In this document: positions 50,611 through 62,949 of the stretch, in pieces | How the letters are laid out: the number at the start of each line of letters is the position of its first letter | Position numbering within the stretch: the stretch's first letter is position 1 | Assembly: GCA_030264375.1 (NCBI GenBank) | Contig: JASCQW010000119.1 | Coordinates: 27,384,730-27,448,729 of the forward strand | Reading direction: 5' to 3' | Length of the DNA: 64,000 nucleotides | DNA from: Carcharhinus longimanus | Taxonomy: Eukaryota | Position numbers and translations under genes: made by a program | The notes under the pieces: model-generated | Told to the model about the DNA's origin: nothing | What the model saw: only the letters and a program-made list of their open reading frames with translations | Databases searched by the model: none

Positions 50611-53600
50611 TTGAAACAATTTGCTCTATGAAGACATCAAGCAATTATGTAATGCATTATCATTGCAACAAGAGGTGGTACCTTCCGCAAAGGCCTGATG
50701 TGAGTACACGGTTTCACAATGAGAGTGAAGGAGGATAATTACAGTCCTTCTCATTTATTTTCTCTGTCCCCTGTCTTGAGGGCTGTCTTCATTGTTGAGG
50801 GTATCTCAGTCAAGTGGTAATAATTATTTGGAAAACTAGATCAAGAATGGTAACAACCAATTTGACTAAAGGACAACCATAACCAAATCCAATTTTGTCT
50901 TCTCCCAATCTGCCTGAATGTAGACTTTCAGCAGCATTCAACGACCAACAATGAGCAGCTGGAATACTGACCAATATTCTATTTCCAATCTACAGGTATT
51001 GAGGCCAATTATTTCTCTCCCATGTCCCTTCTGTCTACCAGTCTAGTTGAGAATAGATAACTAGCAATTGCATCCCACGCTTCCCAATCTGTGCAGCTTA
51101 GCTATTTAGTTAAGCAACTGAACACTGGGGCAGGTTGGTGGGAAGTGAATATTATAATGAATCATCTACCAAAAAATATCTGTTATTTAAATTATAGGTG
51201 TACATTATTAGATTGAAGGGGACAGCTCAAATCTAATATTCAGGAATGCTTTAGCTGTTGATTCCAGGCAGCTTTTCCTAAGCAGTCTTTGTTTAGTTCT
51301 TTTAAGAAATTAATTCTATGGCATAATAAAGTTGAGCACATGTTTTCTTAATCAATTCACTGTAAGTATGACTCAATAAATCAAAGAATTAGAGTATCCT
51401 TGTTTCACATCATGCTACAGTCAGCCAAGAGACTCACATTTGTCTCAAAGGAGAGTTGCGTTACTTATACCGCAATCCACAAGAGTACACTGCTGACCAA
51501 TTCCCGTTCAGATTAACGGTTAATAATAAATTCAATGCTCGGGAAATAATCATAATACTTTTTTTTTGTTTTTTATTCCAATTCAATCAAATCAAGTTCG
51601 ATTCAGAGTCTCAACAAGTTGAGACATTCCCGATCCAAGCTGACAAGACAGGGCTCTCACCTCCTGTCTTGGGCTTGNNNNNNNNNNNNNNNNNNNNNNN
51701 NNNNNNNNNNNNNNNNNNNNNNNNNNNNNNNNNNNNNNNNNNNNNNNNNNNNNNNNNNNNNAAAAATTGCTTCAAATGAAGCTAAAATGTAACCTAATGA
51801 CTTCAACCAAGTGCAGCATGTCAATACTACACTTGATCAACAGAAATTCCCTGAACCAGGTCTGTAATTCTGACATTTATAGAGTCAATGGTGCCACAAA
51901 AAGTTTGGAAAGAATATAGTGTCCAAGATTATCCTTATATTCAGCACAGCCATTCATGGATTATGAAGTAACCTTCTCCTGTAAATTTTAGTTCTCCTTC
52001 TTAGGAACTGCCAAATATTTGAAGTAGGCCTTCAAAGAACTCCTTGTTATTTGTCAGTTTACTCAGCATCCCCAACTAACTGTCCTCTGACACCACAATC
52101 AAACTGTCATCTGATACCACAATCTTCATTGTGATTCTAAAACGGCAAGTGGGAGTATGTTATCTGGCCATATAAGGCATCTTTGCCAAGCACTATAGCG
52201 TCATGATGTTAAAGCACGGACTTACTAGCATGAGTCACTCATTAGCAATAGGACCATCAACCCTGACTGCCTTTCCTCTATTCCTTGAACATAATTCAGC
52301 CTCAACAATCATCTAGATTGTGATCAGCTAGTCCAGCACTGGACTATTTATCAGTAACATGCATTCTGGGAAGAATTGATGTCAAGGAGCATGGGAATGG
52401 GTAAGGTTTCAGAGACCTCAATTGAAAGCTTCCTCAGCCTTGGATCCTTGCAACCAAATACAGCAACAATCAATGGTGATGATCACATCTTTTGTTTATG
52501 CTACCATTACAATTTGTGCAAATGGTTAAAAAAAATCTGCATTTTGTGATGCAAGGGAACATTTGTATAAGAACATGGTTGGATTTTTCAGGACATTTTG
52601 GATCCTCATTTCTACACTCAATACTTTCAAAACAAAGCAATGATTTCATTTTCTGGTGTAGTCATGACTACTTTATGTTAATAAATTAAAACAAGGAACT
52701 GTTGCTTGATGACTGTGTAAACAGTGCCTACACAATGTTTCTCTAACAGCTACTGCTACTCTTTATTACTACAGTAGTATTGAACATAAAACTACAAATA
52801 CACAAGCAGTGTTGCTTTGTTACAAGCAATACCAGTACATTACTGAAGTTCTTATTTCAGCTGTATTTAGTACAATGAAATACTACATATAAAAAACTAG
52901 TTCTCTACAACTACAGATCTTCATGCTCAGTTCCATTTTCAATATTACCAAGGCTGTTTACACAGTATCATTTTAAGGCCTATGAATACTCATCACAATT
53001 CCTTTCTCCAAAGGATTTTGATGCAAACACGTCCATTCAAATAGGAGAAAAAAAGGCAAACACAACACGTTGACGTATAAAGCAGTATATTTACCCCCAA
53101 GGTAGGGAAATTTCCCAGCTTGGTGTCCTGCCTCAGGAAAAAGTGCCTGAGAAGTTAGGATTTTCATTCNNNNNNNNNNNNNNNNNNNNNNNNNNNNNNN
53201 NNNNNNNNNNNNNNNNNNNNNNNNNNNNNNNNNNNNCCACAGGGACTGGTAGTACTAAAGTAGCCTGTTTAAAAGGCCTATTGTTCTGGGTCGTCGTCCC
53301 AGTTATAACAAAATCAATAAATCAAGAAACAGCCCTGCAATCCTCATTCCCTGACCTGCCTCCCCCCTCCCGCCTATAGTCCCCATGCCCTATCCATGTC
53401 CCCTTATACCCTCCTTCCCAACTCCCACGCCCCTCATGGCCTCCAAACCATCCTACATTCCTTTACCCATGCTGCCAGCACCCTATGAACCTTCCATGCC
53501 AAGCAATGCCTCTCCAGCATCACCCCCCCACCCCCTGCATCGTCCTTCATACCCTCCACACCAAACAACAGCACTTTCATGCCAATACATCCAGTACAGG

Positions 53601-54015
53601 GAACCAATAAACCCTATGGCAACAATAGCCTGTGTGGTAAAGGTTTTAAAAAATCATTCAATTGTAACATTCTACTTTCCTTTTAAAAAGCTGCTTTTAC
53701 TGCAGCCCTATAAAAGGATTTTGCATCCAGACCAGAGGCTGCTGCCAGCAGAGGCAACCAATATTCTATTGAAACTGATGAATGCCATTACTGCTCCCAA
53801 GGGAGAACATTGCTTAATTGTCAGCCATTTCTCTTTGATCTATTCTGCTGAGTGCACAATGTTTATTTTACACAAGATAAGGTGTGGAATGCTTGTAGCT
53901 TCTGCTATTGATACTTTAAATGTCTGGATGATTTGCACTTTTATTAGGCGGTAGTAAAAAGTTTTCTTTAGGAAAGTGAAAAATCATAAATGGTTCACTA
54001 TTTCAGCAAAGTTTT

Positions 54016-54463
54016 GATGTGGAGATGCTGGCATTGGACTGGGGTAAACACAATAAGAAGTCTCACAACACCAGGTTAAAGTCCAACAAGTTTATTTGAT
54101 AGTAAACNNNNNNNNNNNNNNNNNNNNNNNNNNNNNNNNNNNNNNNNNNNNNNNNNNNNNNNNNNNNNNNNNNNNNNNNNNNNNNNNNNNNNNNNNNNNN
54201 NNNNNNNAAGTCTCACAACACCAGGTTAAAGTCCAACAAGTTTATTTGATAGTAAACCCACTAGCTTTCAGAGTTTGCCCTTTCATCAGGTGAGTACTCA
54301 TTCAGTACTCATTCAGTATTCTGTAAACTGTGTGTGCCTTTATATGCTCTGTGTGTGACCAGAACTCTCCACTCACCTGACGAAGGGGCAAACCCCCAAA
54401 ACTAGTGGGTTTACTATTAAATAAACTTGTTGGACTTTAACCTGATGTTGTGAGACTTGTTAC
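54016..54463. mobile_element. Penelope-like pseudo-LTR palindromic element (hammerhead-bearing)
   Basis: Inverted arms at about 54208-54295 and 54371-54459; flanking direct repeat tcag(c/t)aaagtttt at 54003-54015 and 54464-54476; contains an N-gap with duplicated flank. Confidence 0.7.
54256..54295 (-). ncRNA. Minimal type I hammerhead ribozyme motif inside a Penelope-type palindromic element
   Basis: Minus strand reads ACUCAC-CUGAUGA-A-AGGG-CAAA-CUCU-GAA-AGCU-A-GUGGGU: stem I ACUCAC/GUGGGU, stem II AGGG/CUCU, palindromic AGCU in place of stem III, UA cleavage site. Confidence 0.7.
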
Positions 54464-55467
54464 TCAGTAAAGTTTTCCCAGGCATGCTATTGTTACTGTA
54501 GTGTCCACAGGTTCTGTATACTGACTGAATGGACAAGGAGGGCATGAGGGACCGGGGAAGTGGGGGGAGTGGCAGAGCTTGGCATGGGGTGGACAGCATT
54601 GGTAAGATACCTTTAACTTTCCTTTCAAAACATTCCCTCATGTAAACCACCAGACAGAAGACATAAACCCCTCTTCGAAAAACTGGCCCAACAATATGAA
54701 CACTGGGGAGGCTAGGCGATGCCCATCCTCAGAATGGAACTAGCCAGGTTTGGAGTGCAGGGCACCAGGTCATGACCTGCTCCCTCTCGCAACATTATGC
54801 TGTGCTGGTGAAATTTAGGGACACCAGAATGGAGCTGGGAATCCCCATTTTAAAGTCCCATAAAGTATCCCCAACTTCATGAAAATCCAGCCCATAATTA
54901 CAGCATGATTTCAATGCCACAGAGAATAATACTGGACAGCTAGCAGACATTGTAAGACTGCACTATTATTAGGATATATCCCAGACAGGTTATTTAACCA
55001 GCCAAAAAGCAAGGAGTTAAGCTTCTTTTAAATGGAGGGAACGGAAAGTTAAATTTGTTGCATGTCATTTTTGTTCCTATGCTTTATGATGATGCAATGT
55101 TCACATGGTTGAATTCCAGTTTCATTGCCCCAGTCTTACTTTTTTTCTCCTGAAGATACCAATTGTTCTTGGAATAGTGTTCCTCAGATGCTGACAGTCA
55201 ACACCTTCAGAAGATAAACTCTCTCCTCAACCTTCACACCATTTCTCTATATTTTATTTTGCTTAATTTTATCTCATTCATCATCCATTTTATCAGCTTT
55301 CTTTTTCACTTCTATTTTTTCATTTCTCCATTCCAGCTCTCCATCTTGCAGCCTGGGGGGGGGGGGGNNNNNNNNNNNNNNNNNNNNNNNNNNNNNNNNN
55401 NNNNNNNNNNNNNNNNNNNNNNNNNNNNNNNNNNNNNNNNNNNNNNNNNNNNNNNNNNNNNNNNNNN

Positions 55468-55665
55468 AATGGTGAAATTTGAATTCAATAAAAAAAATCT
55501 GGAATTAAAAGTTTAATGTTGACCATGAAATCATGTTGGTTGTCATAAAAATTCATCTGGTTCACTAATGTCCTTTAGGCTTACATTGACTCCAGATCTA
55601 TGGCAATGTGATTGACTTCCAATTGTCCTCTGAAATGACAAACAATAAATGCTGGCCCAGCCAAT
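55468..55665 (+). mobile_element. SINE, second family (5' truncated by gap)
   Basis: ggtgaaatttgaattcaataaaaaaaatctggaattaaaag ... caataaatgctggccc. Confidence 0.7.
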
Positions 55666-57059
55666 GACCCTCTCAATCATTTCTCTATAACATTCAGTAG
55701 AGAAAAATCTATAATCACTTCCATTCAGATCATATCATGCAGATGTAGGTCAGGTACATTGATTGCACAGAATTGGCATCTGTTAGTGTCCACCATCACA
55801 TCACATCATTATCAGCATGTTAATTTGCTTGCATGAACTTTGAACTGGGGTTCCTCTCATTATCTGTATGCCTGTGTGTGTATTCAGCCATCACAATTAC
55901 TGTTAACAATCATACAACAATGATGTGATGATATCAAAAATCAACAATAACACCTTAGAAAACATCTTTGATGCAGAAAAAGTACTCCGATACACTTCAC
56001 CAAGACAAAAACATCAAAAAAAAAGGAACCCTGATCCTATCTTTAGCCAATTTCCAGAAAGAGTAGGTGAATAGTGAACAGGATCCTAGGACAACTTTCC
56101 CTTGTCAAACTGAGGTGCAGTAATCCAGTTGTGGCACACCTTCAGCTACCCCGAGATGAGCTGATCAATCTTCCTGGTTTATATGGATAAATATCTAGCA
56201 GCGACTGTAACACTGATGTAAATGTAAATTAAGTTAGCTTATAGTTTGCCATGAAGGTTGATTTCCACCCTGCACCATCCTTTCCTCCCCCACAACCCCT
56301 CCAAGTGTGATCTGCCTGACATTTCCTCAACCGGGCAGTATTTCAGAGTTTAAGTTGGTAAAATAAACTTATTACAGACAGCCCTTGGCAGGGCTGACTA
56401 TTTGATAGGAGGGGAAGGAAATCAGCCTGCAGCATTCATAATAGCCATAGGCTCCTGGCTGCATTCCAACAACAGCCCAATCTCCTTTCCATGGCAGCTA
56501 AAAAGATACCTGCACTTTGTACAGGTCTAACAGGTGGCACCCATTCTTTATCAGATCCGTGGCTTTGATTGGAGCCATTGAAAATCAATCGTCTGACGGC
56601 ACACTGAGGCATAACGGCTTGTTGTATATCCCTCACACCCCATTTTCATGGTAAGATCTTGTTCACATTGTTATTATTCCATCCTCCTTCCACCTCGACT
56701 GAGCACCAGAAAATCAGGGCCAAATGAAAAGCGTTGAGAGCATGCATAACAGGTTCACATTCCTTTTGCATCTGCTGAGTTTTCTCTGGGGCACAATAAA
56801 AGGAAAAAAGGGTCCTCAAGCTCCAGATTGTGTACATAGCAAGATGCCAATTTAACTCCAGCTATTTGACAGGTAGTTGGCAGTTAGTTAATTTGCTGCA
56901 AAAATGGATTATAAAATTTATTCAGTCAACATTAAACTACTATGATGCCCAGTCAATCAAGAGAAGCAGTACTGAAAATTAGTCTGCCAGTTAAAAAAAA
57001 GTTAACAGGATTTTAGCAAATTGGAGGAACAGCAGCTCATCTAAGCAATTCACAGCTTC

Positions 57060-57582
57060 CTGGACTGAACGTTGAGTTCAACCACTTCAGAGCATGCACT
57101 CTCTCCTCCACCTTGACCCCATTTCCATGTATTTTATTCCATTTTGTTCCATCTCATTTGTCCATTTTATCATCCTTTTTCACTTCTATTTTTCCACTTC
57201 TCCATTCCAGCTCTCCTCCTTTCCACACCACCCCCCAACCTGCCCCATCCCCCCACCCCCACCACCACCATCACCACCCCACCCTTCAGTGCAACTGCCA
57301 CATTCTGCTGGCAATCCTTTAACAATCTGTACCTGCATTCTGCCATTCTCGTGCACTGACGCACTTTTGGACACTTTTAGTACCTTCTCAGTCTTCTGTA
57401 TTCTCATTTACACTCCCTTCGTCCAACCTCAACAGTATAAATCTCTGCTGATTGTCTTTGCTCTCATCTCAGACGAAGGGCTATCTAGACTTGAAACATT
57501 GCTCTGTTCTTTTCCCACAGATGCTGTCAGAGCTGCTGAGATTTTCCAGTACTTTCTGTTTTTGTTTCAGATTCCAGCATCT
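57060..57582 (+). mobile_element. Penelope-like element 3' body plus pLTR remnant (related fragment at about 55200-55340)
   Basis: Pyrimidine-rich body shared with 55200-55340, then ctcagacgaaggg..ttgaaac and cacagatgctgtcagagctgctgagattttccag. Confidence 0.5.
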
Positions 57583-59230
57583 ATTTATGTCATCCTGGAT
57601 GGCAATCAATAATTGAACACAAATCAGACATCGAATATAAAATCTTGCAAGTCTTTATGTCTTGACATCACAAGTAGTGATCAGAAAGTGCAACGGGATT
57701 CTGTTTCTGCTTGTTTACGTTCTGAATTCTGAAAATCTACACAAAGACTTTAATAAATGAATTCCTCCATAATGCACTCGCAGATTTAAAGTGTGATCCA
57801 TCCTTTACAATTTTAATTCCTTGCTTTCAAGCTTTTCAGTTAAGTTTTGCTGTGAGTTTGAAACTTTGCTTGCATTGTATATAGTCACAAATCTAAAGCG
57901 TGGAGTATTTTGAGGCATTCTGACTTGATGTGGTGAATATATTGTGATTTACCTGGGAAAATTAAACTTCACAAGATGATAGTATTTGTCATTTTTAATT
58001 TATTCAATTAAACTGAGACTTTAAAGAAAAACATTGCTCTCTCTCACTTGCAATGAAGTGCATTTCACTGAAATGTAATACTTGGATCCTCCCTTGAACA
58101 GTATCATATTATGAAATAACTTTGTAAATCTGAACCAACTATTCTAAACAATAGAGGGAAATGTTTAAATACACTCCCACCCAATCTAGGTAGGGCACCT
58201 TCTCTGATTTCCTTTATTAAAATCCATTATAAATTAATACAGCTCCAAATATGAATTGTGTCTCTTTAAAAATCTAGCATCTAGTAACATTTTACATGGC
58301 TGAGCATATGGTAACTGAAGATTCTTAAATGAAATTAATGTTAAGACCATAAGATATAGGAGCTGAAGGAGGCAAATTGGGCCCATCCAGTCTACTCTGC
58401 CATTCAATGATATTACTTATCTGATAATATTACGATATAACCTGATCGTTAATGCAAGGTTTTATTATCCCATGTATCAGGAAAATTACAGCCAATAAAT
58501 TCTTGCATTTATCTTTGTAACGCTTATTAGAACTGTAAGTGTCATGAGCCACTGAGCTGGGTGCTGAAATGAGATGAAATGATTGAATGCATTCTTTCAG
58601 TGTACATCGCCCTATGTCGCCTCTCTCCGCACCTCCCCATCCCAAGCGTACACACACACTCTCCCTCTCCAGCTCCGACCATACTCTCCTCGCAAACCGT
58701 AGGGCAAGGGAGGCCATCCATCACCTCCAGCATAGATGGCAGTGTGGGTGCCCAGCTTGAAAAACTGCTGTTGACTTAGCATCAGGAAGTGCATGAGAAC
58801 GAGAATAGCTTTACTGTTCAACTCGGTAACACAGACATAACTGCGAATGGCAAAGCTCAAAACTACCTCCGACCATCCCATGTGCTGAAATCATTTGTAT
58901 CACGTCACCGTCTAACTGAGATAAAACTTTTGTATATATTATCTATGCAGTTCTCCCAGGCCGACTGACACACCACTTAAACGCTTAAAACCCCCTCAGA
59001 ATAACAACATATGATATGATTCAGCCTTCACCTGATGTTTCAGGGAGGTACCAGTACAAAGTGCCGGCTACTTCCCGATAGAAAGCGGCAACAAAAATAG
59101 AAGAAAAATACACAGACATGTCACAACAGCCTAGTGATACAGATATTCGGCTTAGATCACCACACGATGGAGCCGTATTTGTGGCAAAGTGGCCGATAAG
59201 ACAATGAGATGTCAATCTGCGGCGGAGGGA

Positions 59231-59243
59231 GGGAAACGAAACT
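59231..59243 (+). promoter_or_regulatory. ISRE/IRF-binding motif GGGAAACGAAACT
   Basis: Matches GAAA-N-GAAAC(T). Neighbours: GC box at 59221, CCAAT near 59286, AGTTTCAC near 59297, AAAACGAAACC at 59324-59334. Confidence 0.6.
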
Positions 59244-60324
59244 TACTAAATTATTTACAATAATAAGGTGTAGAGTCAGCAGGACCCAATGAAGCAGTTT
59301 CACTCCCCTCTGCCTACAGACATAAAACGAAACCGCACAATTACTGATCTTGTCTGACTGACAGCACACACGCACAACATGCACAACAGAAATCCCCCAC
59401 CCAGTCCCAGCAAACTAAGCTGCTCTATCTCCGGCTGAAGCACAAAAAAAAATGCTCTCACGGAACATTAACAGCCTCCACTGAACTTTTATCCATTCTC
59501 CATTTCCCACATTAATTCAGTATTAAAACAAAGTGGCTAATACTGACAATTCCCCGTCGTTGAAATGTCTTTGCGTCATGGTTGACAAAGGGTTGTTTTA
59601 AATGTCAGTCAACTTTCAATAACAAATAGGAATTGATCAATAAACTCAATTTCCCCCTCGCCTCGCAGTGAAGGGCGTGCTCCATGTCTCGTAATAAAAT
59701 GATCCTTTTTGTTTCGATCCCATATTTTTCCCCATGTTTGTTCCAGAGCGATTTACTGTGAAATTACCTAGAGGCAGAAAGAAGCAATGGACTGGAGCAT
59801 TAATAAACGGGAGGNNNNNNNNNNNNNNNNNNNNNNNNNNNNNNNNNNNNNNNNNNNNNNNNNNNNNNNNNNNNNNNNNNNNNNNNNNNCTTGTGAGTAC
59901 AAATATAGAACATTTCAGTTTGTCGCCACTTTGTTTGCTAAAATGATTTAGCCCCGAAAAGAATTTCAACCCCCTTTCCATACATAAATACCTCCGCAAT
60001 CTGTGGACGCTGGCTCAAGTTACAGCATTTTGTTGTCACTTAGGCAATCGGTCAACGTTTTAGACAAGTGGGTTAAAACGCAGCATACGGTAAGTAGAGA
60101 GCAGATCAGCGCTTGGGAAATGGAAATGGGGTCACCAATCTCCACCCCCACCCCGCTCTCCTCCTGACATCAGCTTCAAAGGAGACGGGGTTATCGGTAG
60201 ACAGCATCCAACAGCCCGAGAGATGGGCTACCTCTCCTGTACAAAGGACCATCACACGTTAAAAATGATAACACGACACGGGAATTTGGAAGGGGGGGGG
60301 GTGGAGGAGGCAAGGGACATTTAC

Positions 60325-60384
60325 CCAGCTATTTGTCGGCTTGTTCTTACAATGATTGCTCAATAAACACAATTACACTTCCGG
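60325..60384 (-). promoter_or_regulatory. ETS (CCGGAAGT) motif with downstream splice donor: candidate alternative first exon
   Basis: ACTTCCGG on + at 60377-60384; donor TGG|gtaaat at 60325 on minus. Confidence 0.35.
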
Positions 60385-60674
60385 ATCGTCTTTGGAGACT
60401 CCACTTCCTTGAACGAGTTGGACTGAACTGCTGAATTCAGGGAGGAGAGGGGGAGCTGAAACAGCCTGGCTTGTCAGTGCTGAAGGAAAGGGGGGAATGT
60501 ATCCATTGCCCTCTTTCGCCACACTGTCACTAACGTTTGCAATCCAATGGCCACCACCCCCCCCCCCCCCCCCCACTTCTCGGCACCTCAGCCTACATGA
60601 ACCGAAATGAGACAGGTTGTCGCCCTCAGACTCGCTCCTTCAATAAGCCGAGCAGGGTTATTTGTTTTATTTAC

Positions 60675-60784
60675 CTTTGCTTTCTTCCTGCTTCTCCCCC
60701 TTTCCCTTCACCTCTGGCTCACACCGAGATGCTGCTGCTCCCGAGGATGGCGACAACAATGAAGCGAACCGGGTCCATTTATAG
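60675..60784 (-). promoter_or_regulatory. Candidate ZNFX1 core promoter and non-coding first exon
   Basis: CTATAAAT on minus at 60777-60784, CGCCATC (YY1-like) downstream, ATG-free exon ending in AAAG|gtaaat at 60675; locally elevated CpG. Confidence 0.5.
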
Positions 60785-60978
60785 AGAACAAAATGTCATT
60801 TCAGGCAAAAGAAAAACACAATTGTTTCGATTGTAGTCTGTCCTACTCCGGCGATGTTAGTTTAAAGGGCTCTCTCCCTGCTCAAGCTGCTGTCCGATCT
60901 CCCCCCCTCTCTCTGTACACACACACACACATATATGAAGATGCCTAACTCCCCTCCCCGTTCAGCACCCACTCCACC

Positions 60979-60992
60979 AGGTTTCGTTTCTG
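60979..60992 (-). promoter_or_regulatory. ISRE motif (AGGTTTCGTTTCTG on +)
   Basis: GAAACGAAACC on minus strand, about 200 bp upstream of the candidate TATA box. Confidence 0.55.
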
Positions 60993-61199
60993 ACCCCAGA
61001 GAACACCAAGGCTGAAATGAGAGGCAAGTCACCTGATCCGCTGAAGTCACAGGACAGCCAGCTTAGTAAAGGCGAGTTTGTGCGTGCCCAGAGGCGAGAG
61101 GGACATCTAGGTGGAGCCTACCACTCCATCTTGCTAAAGGGAAGTGAGAAGTGGCCTAAAAAAAACACAGTTGCCAGGCAAAATGAACCAAGTGCTGAA

Positions 61200-61221
61200 G
61201 AAACGAATCAGAAACCGAAAA
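61200..61221 (+). promoter_or_regulatory. IRF-E/ISRE motif GAAACGAATCAGAAACCGAAAA
   Basis: Contains canonical GAAANNGAAA (GAAACCGAAA at 61211-61220). Confidence 0.5.
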
Positions 61222-62694
61222 CACAGTCATCGCGAAATTGAGTGTACATATATTGTTAATCCTTTGGTTGTTAATTTAGGAAAGACATTGCAGAAAAATA
61301 AACCATATTCAACATTATTCCATACTGATCTGTGTTTTCATAATGCTAAGATCTGCCATTGGTTCTGTATTATTTTTAATTACTGGTCTAAGCAAGTATT
61401 AATTTTTAGCTCTGATTGTTTTGCAGTCCATTGAATAAAGGCGAGAGAGAGAAGAAAATCTTATCAGGAATGTTTCATGGACTCAGTATATTCCCAAAGA
61501 GTTTTAAGGAATGTAATACTTTTGAAATGTAGTCACTGTTGTTGGAAATGCAGGAGACAGTTTTCACACAACAGGATCCCAGAAACAGCAATAAGATAAT
61601 GGCCACTCAATTTCTGATGGGTCGCTAGTGATGTTTCTGGTTGCACCAGGAATCCATTTGAGGAGGAAAGCTATGCAGTTGAGCAGCTTAGAAGCTATCC
61701 TTCTCTGGACTGCAAGAAAGCATCTGATCTCTACTACATCTGGATTGAAACTAATTTAAAGTATTGGTGAGAATCAATCCCCCATACATTCAGTGAGTAG
61801 GTACGGACTTGATGGGCTGAACGGCCTCTTTCTACACCATAGGGATTCTATGATCATCGGTATGGCAATGAAATGCATGGGGTTACAGGGCTGCGGTGGT
61901 GGAAAGATGCTCTTTCAGAAAGTTGTGCAGACTCAATGGATCGAATGGCCTCTTTCTACACTGTAGGGATTCAATGGTTCTATGGCAACAGTCAGTACAT
62001 GGTACTTGTATACTTGCTGTAACCTGTTGCTAATCTAATTTGGGGCTCTCAACTGCTGTGAGGCAAGGGTCAACTCCATTTCGGGAAACTCCCATTAATA
62101 CACAGCCACCTAACAGGTCTGTGTCTCTGAGGAAGCACCTAGATGAAGCAACGGATTCTGATGAAGAAAATACCCTTCACGTTGAATTATTATTTTCACA
62201 TGTATTGGGATACAGTGTAAAGTATTGTTTCTTGTGAGCTGTTACATAGAAGGAATGGATAGGGTGCAAAATATAGGATAGTTTAAAAGAGTTAAAGTTT
62301 CAAGAGCATAGAGTAAAAGATTGAATTTGAGAGTATGCTGGGGAAAGCTCACAAGAAGTCGACATGCTCTGGCACCATCTTGAATATTGACCAAGGCTAG
62401 AAAATTTTACCCATCTTGTGCACATCATTTTGTTTTTCAATATAAAATGTGAATTTAATTTTTAGTTTAAAATGTTTCAATGTAATTTGGATGTGCATTT
62501 TATTTGGGGGTGTGGGGGATTAAGCTGTCATTCCCAAATAAATTACTTAATAAAATACTGACAAATTATTAAATTTCTCCAAGTACAGATCTGGTGTGAA
62601 AAGATCCAACAGCCTAATAACTTATGTTATTCTTGTGTTTTACATCCCTTTCCCAAAGAGAATACTATATCGTAGAAAATAGTAGTTACACAAT

Positions 62695-62814
62695 GGGTGG
62701 GATTTTACAGCCTCGCTCAAACGTAAAATCCAACCCAACATCAACAGACCTTTCCATTGTCCACTCCATGCCTGCTCCAATTCTCCTGACATGCGGGGCA
62801 GTAAAATTCTGGCT
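62695..62814. mobile_element. ~120-bp MITE (PIF/Harbinger-like), 3-bp TSD AAT
   Basis: gggtgggattttac ... gtaaaattctggct flanked by aat on both sides. Confidence 0.5.
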
Positions 62815-62949
62815 AATGTCTGAAGATATCAAAATATAGTTACGTCCTAGTTTCTGTTTGTTTAGTGAATGTGCTGAGTAAAGTTTGAAAGCTGGTTTTA
62901 TCATGTTAAATGGACGTAGATCTTGAGTATGGTTGAAAAGATGACACAC

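Noticed and set aside
53385-53954. 189-aa proline-rich ORF
   Set aside because: C-rich low-complexity remnant within a decayed repeat; no domain or splice support.
60747-60836. Plus-strand ATG in good context (aggATGGCG, MATTMKRTGS...) as a divergent gene start
   Set aside because: Short frame with no canonical donor or homology; better explained as a YY1-like motif in the ZNFX1 5' region.
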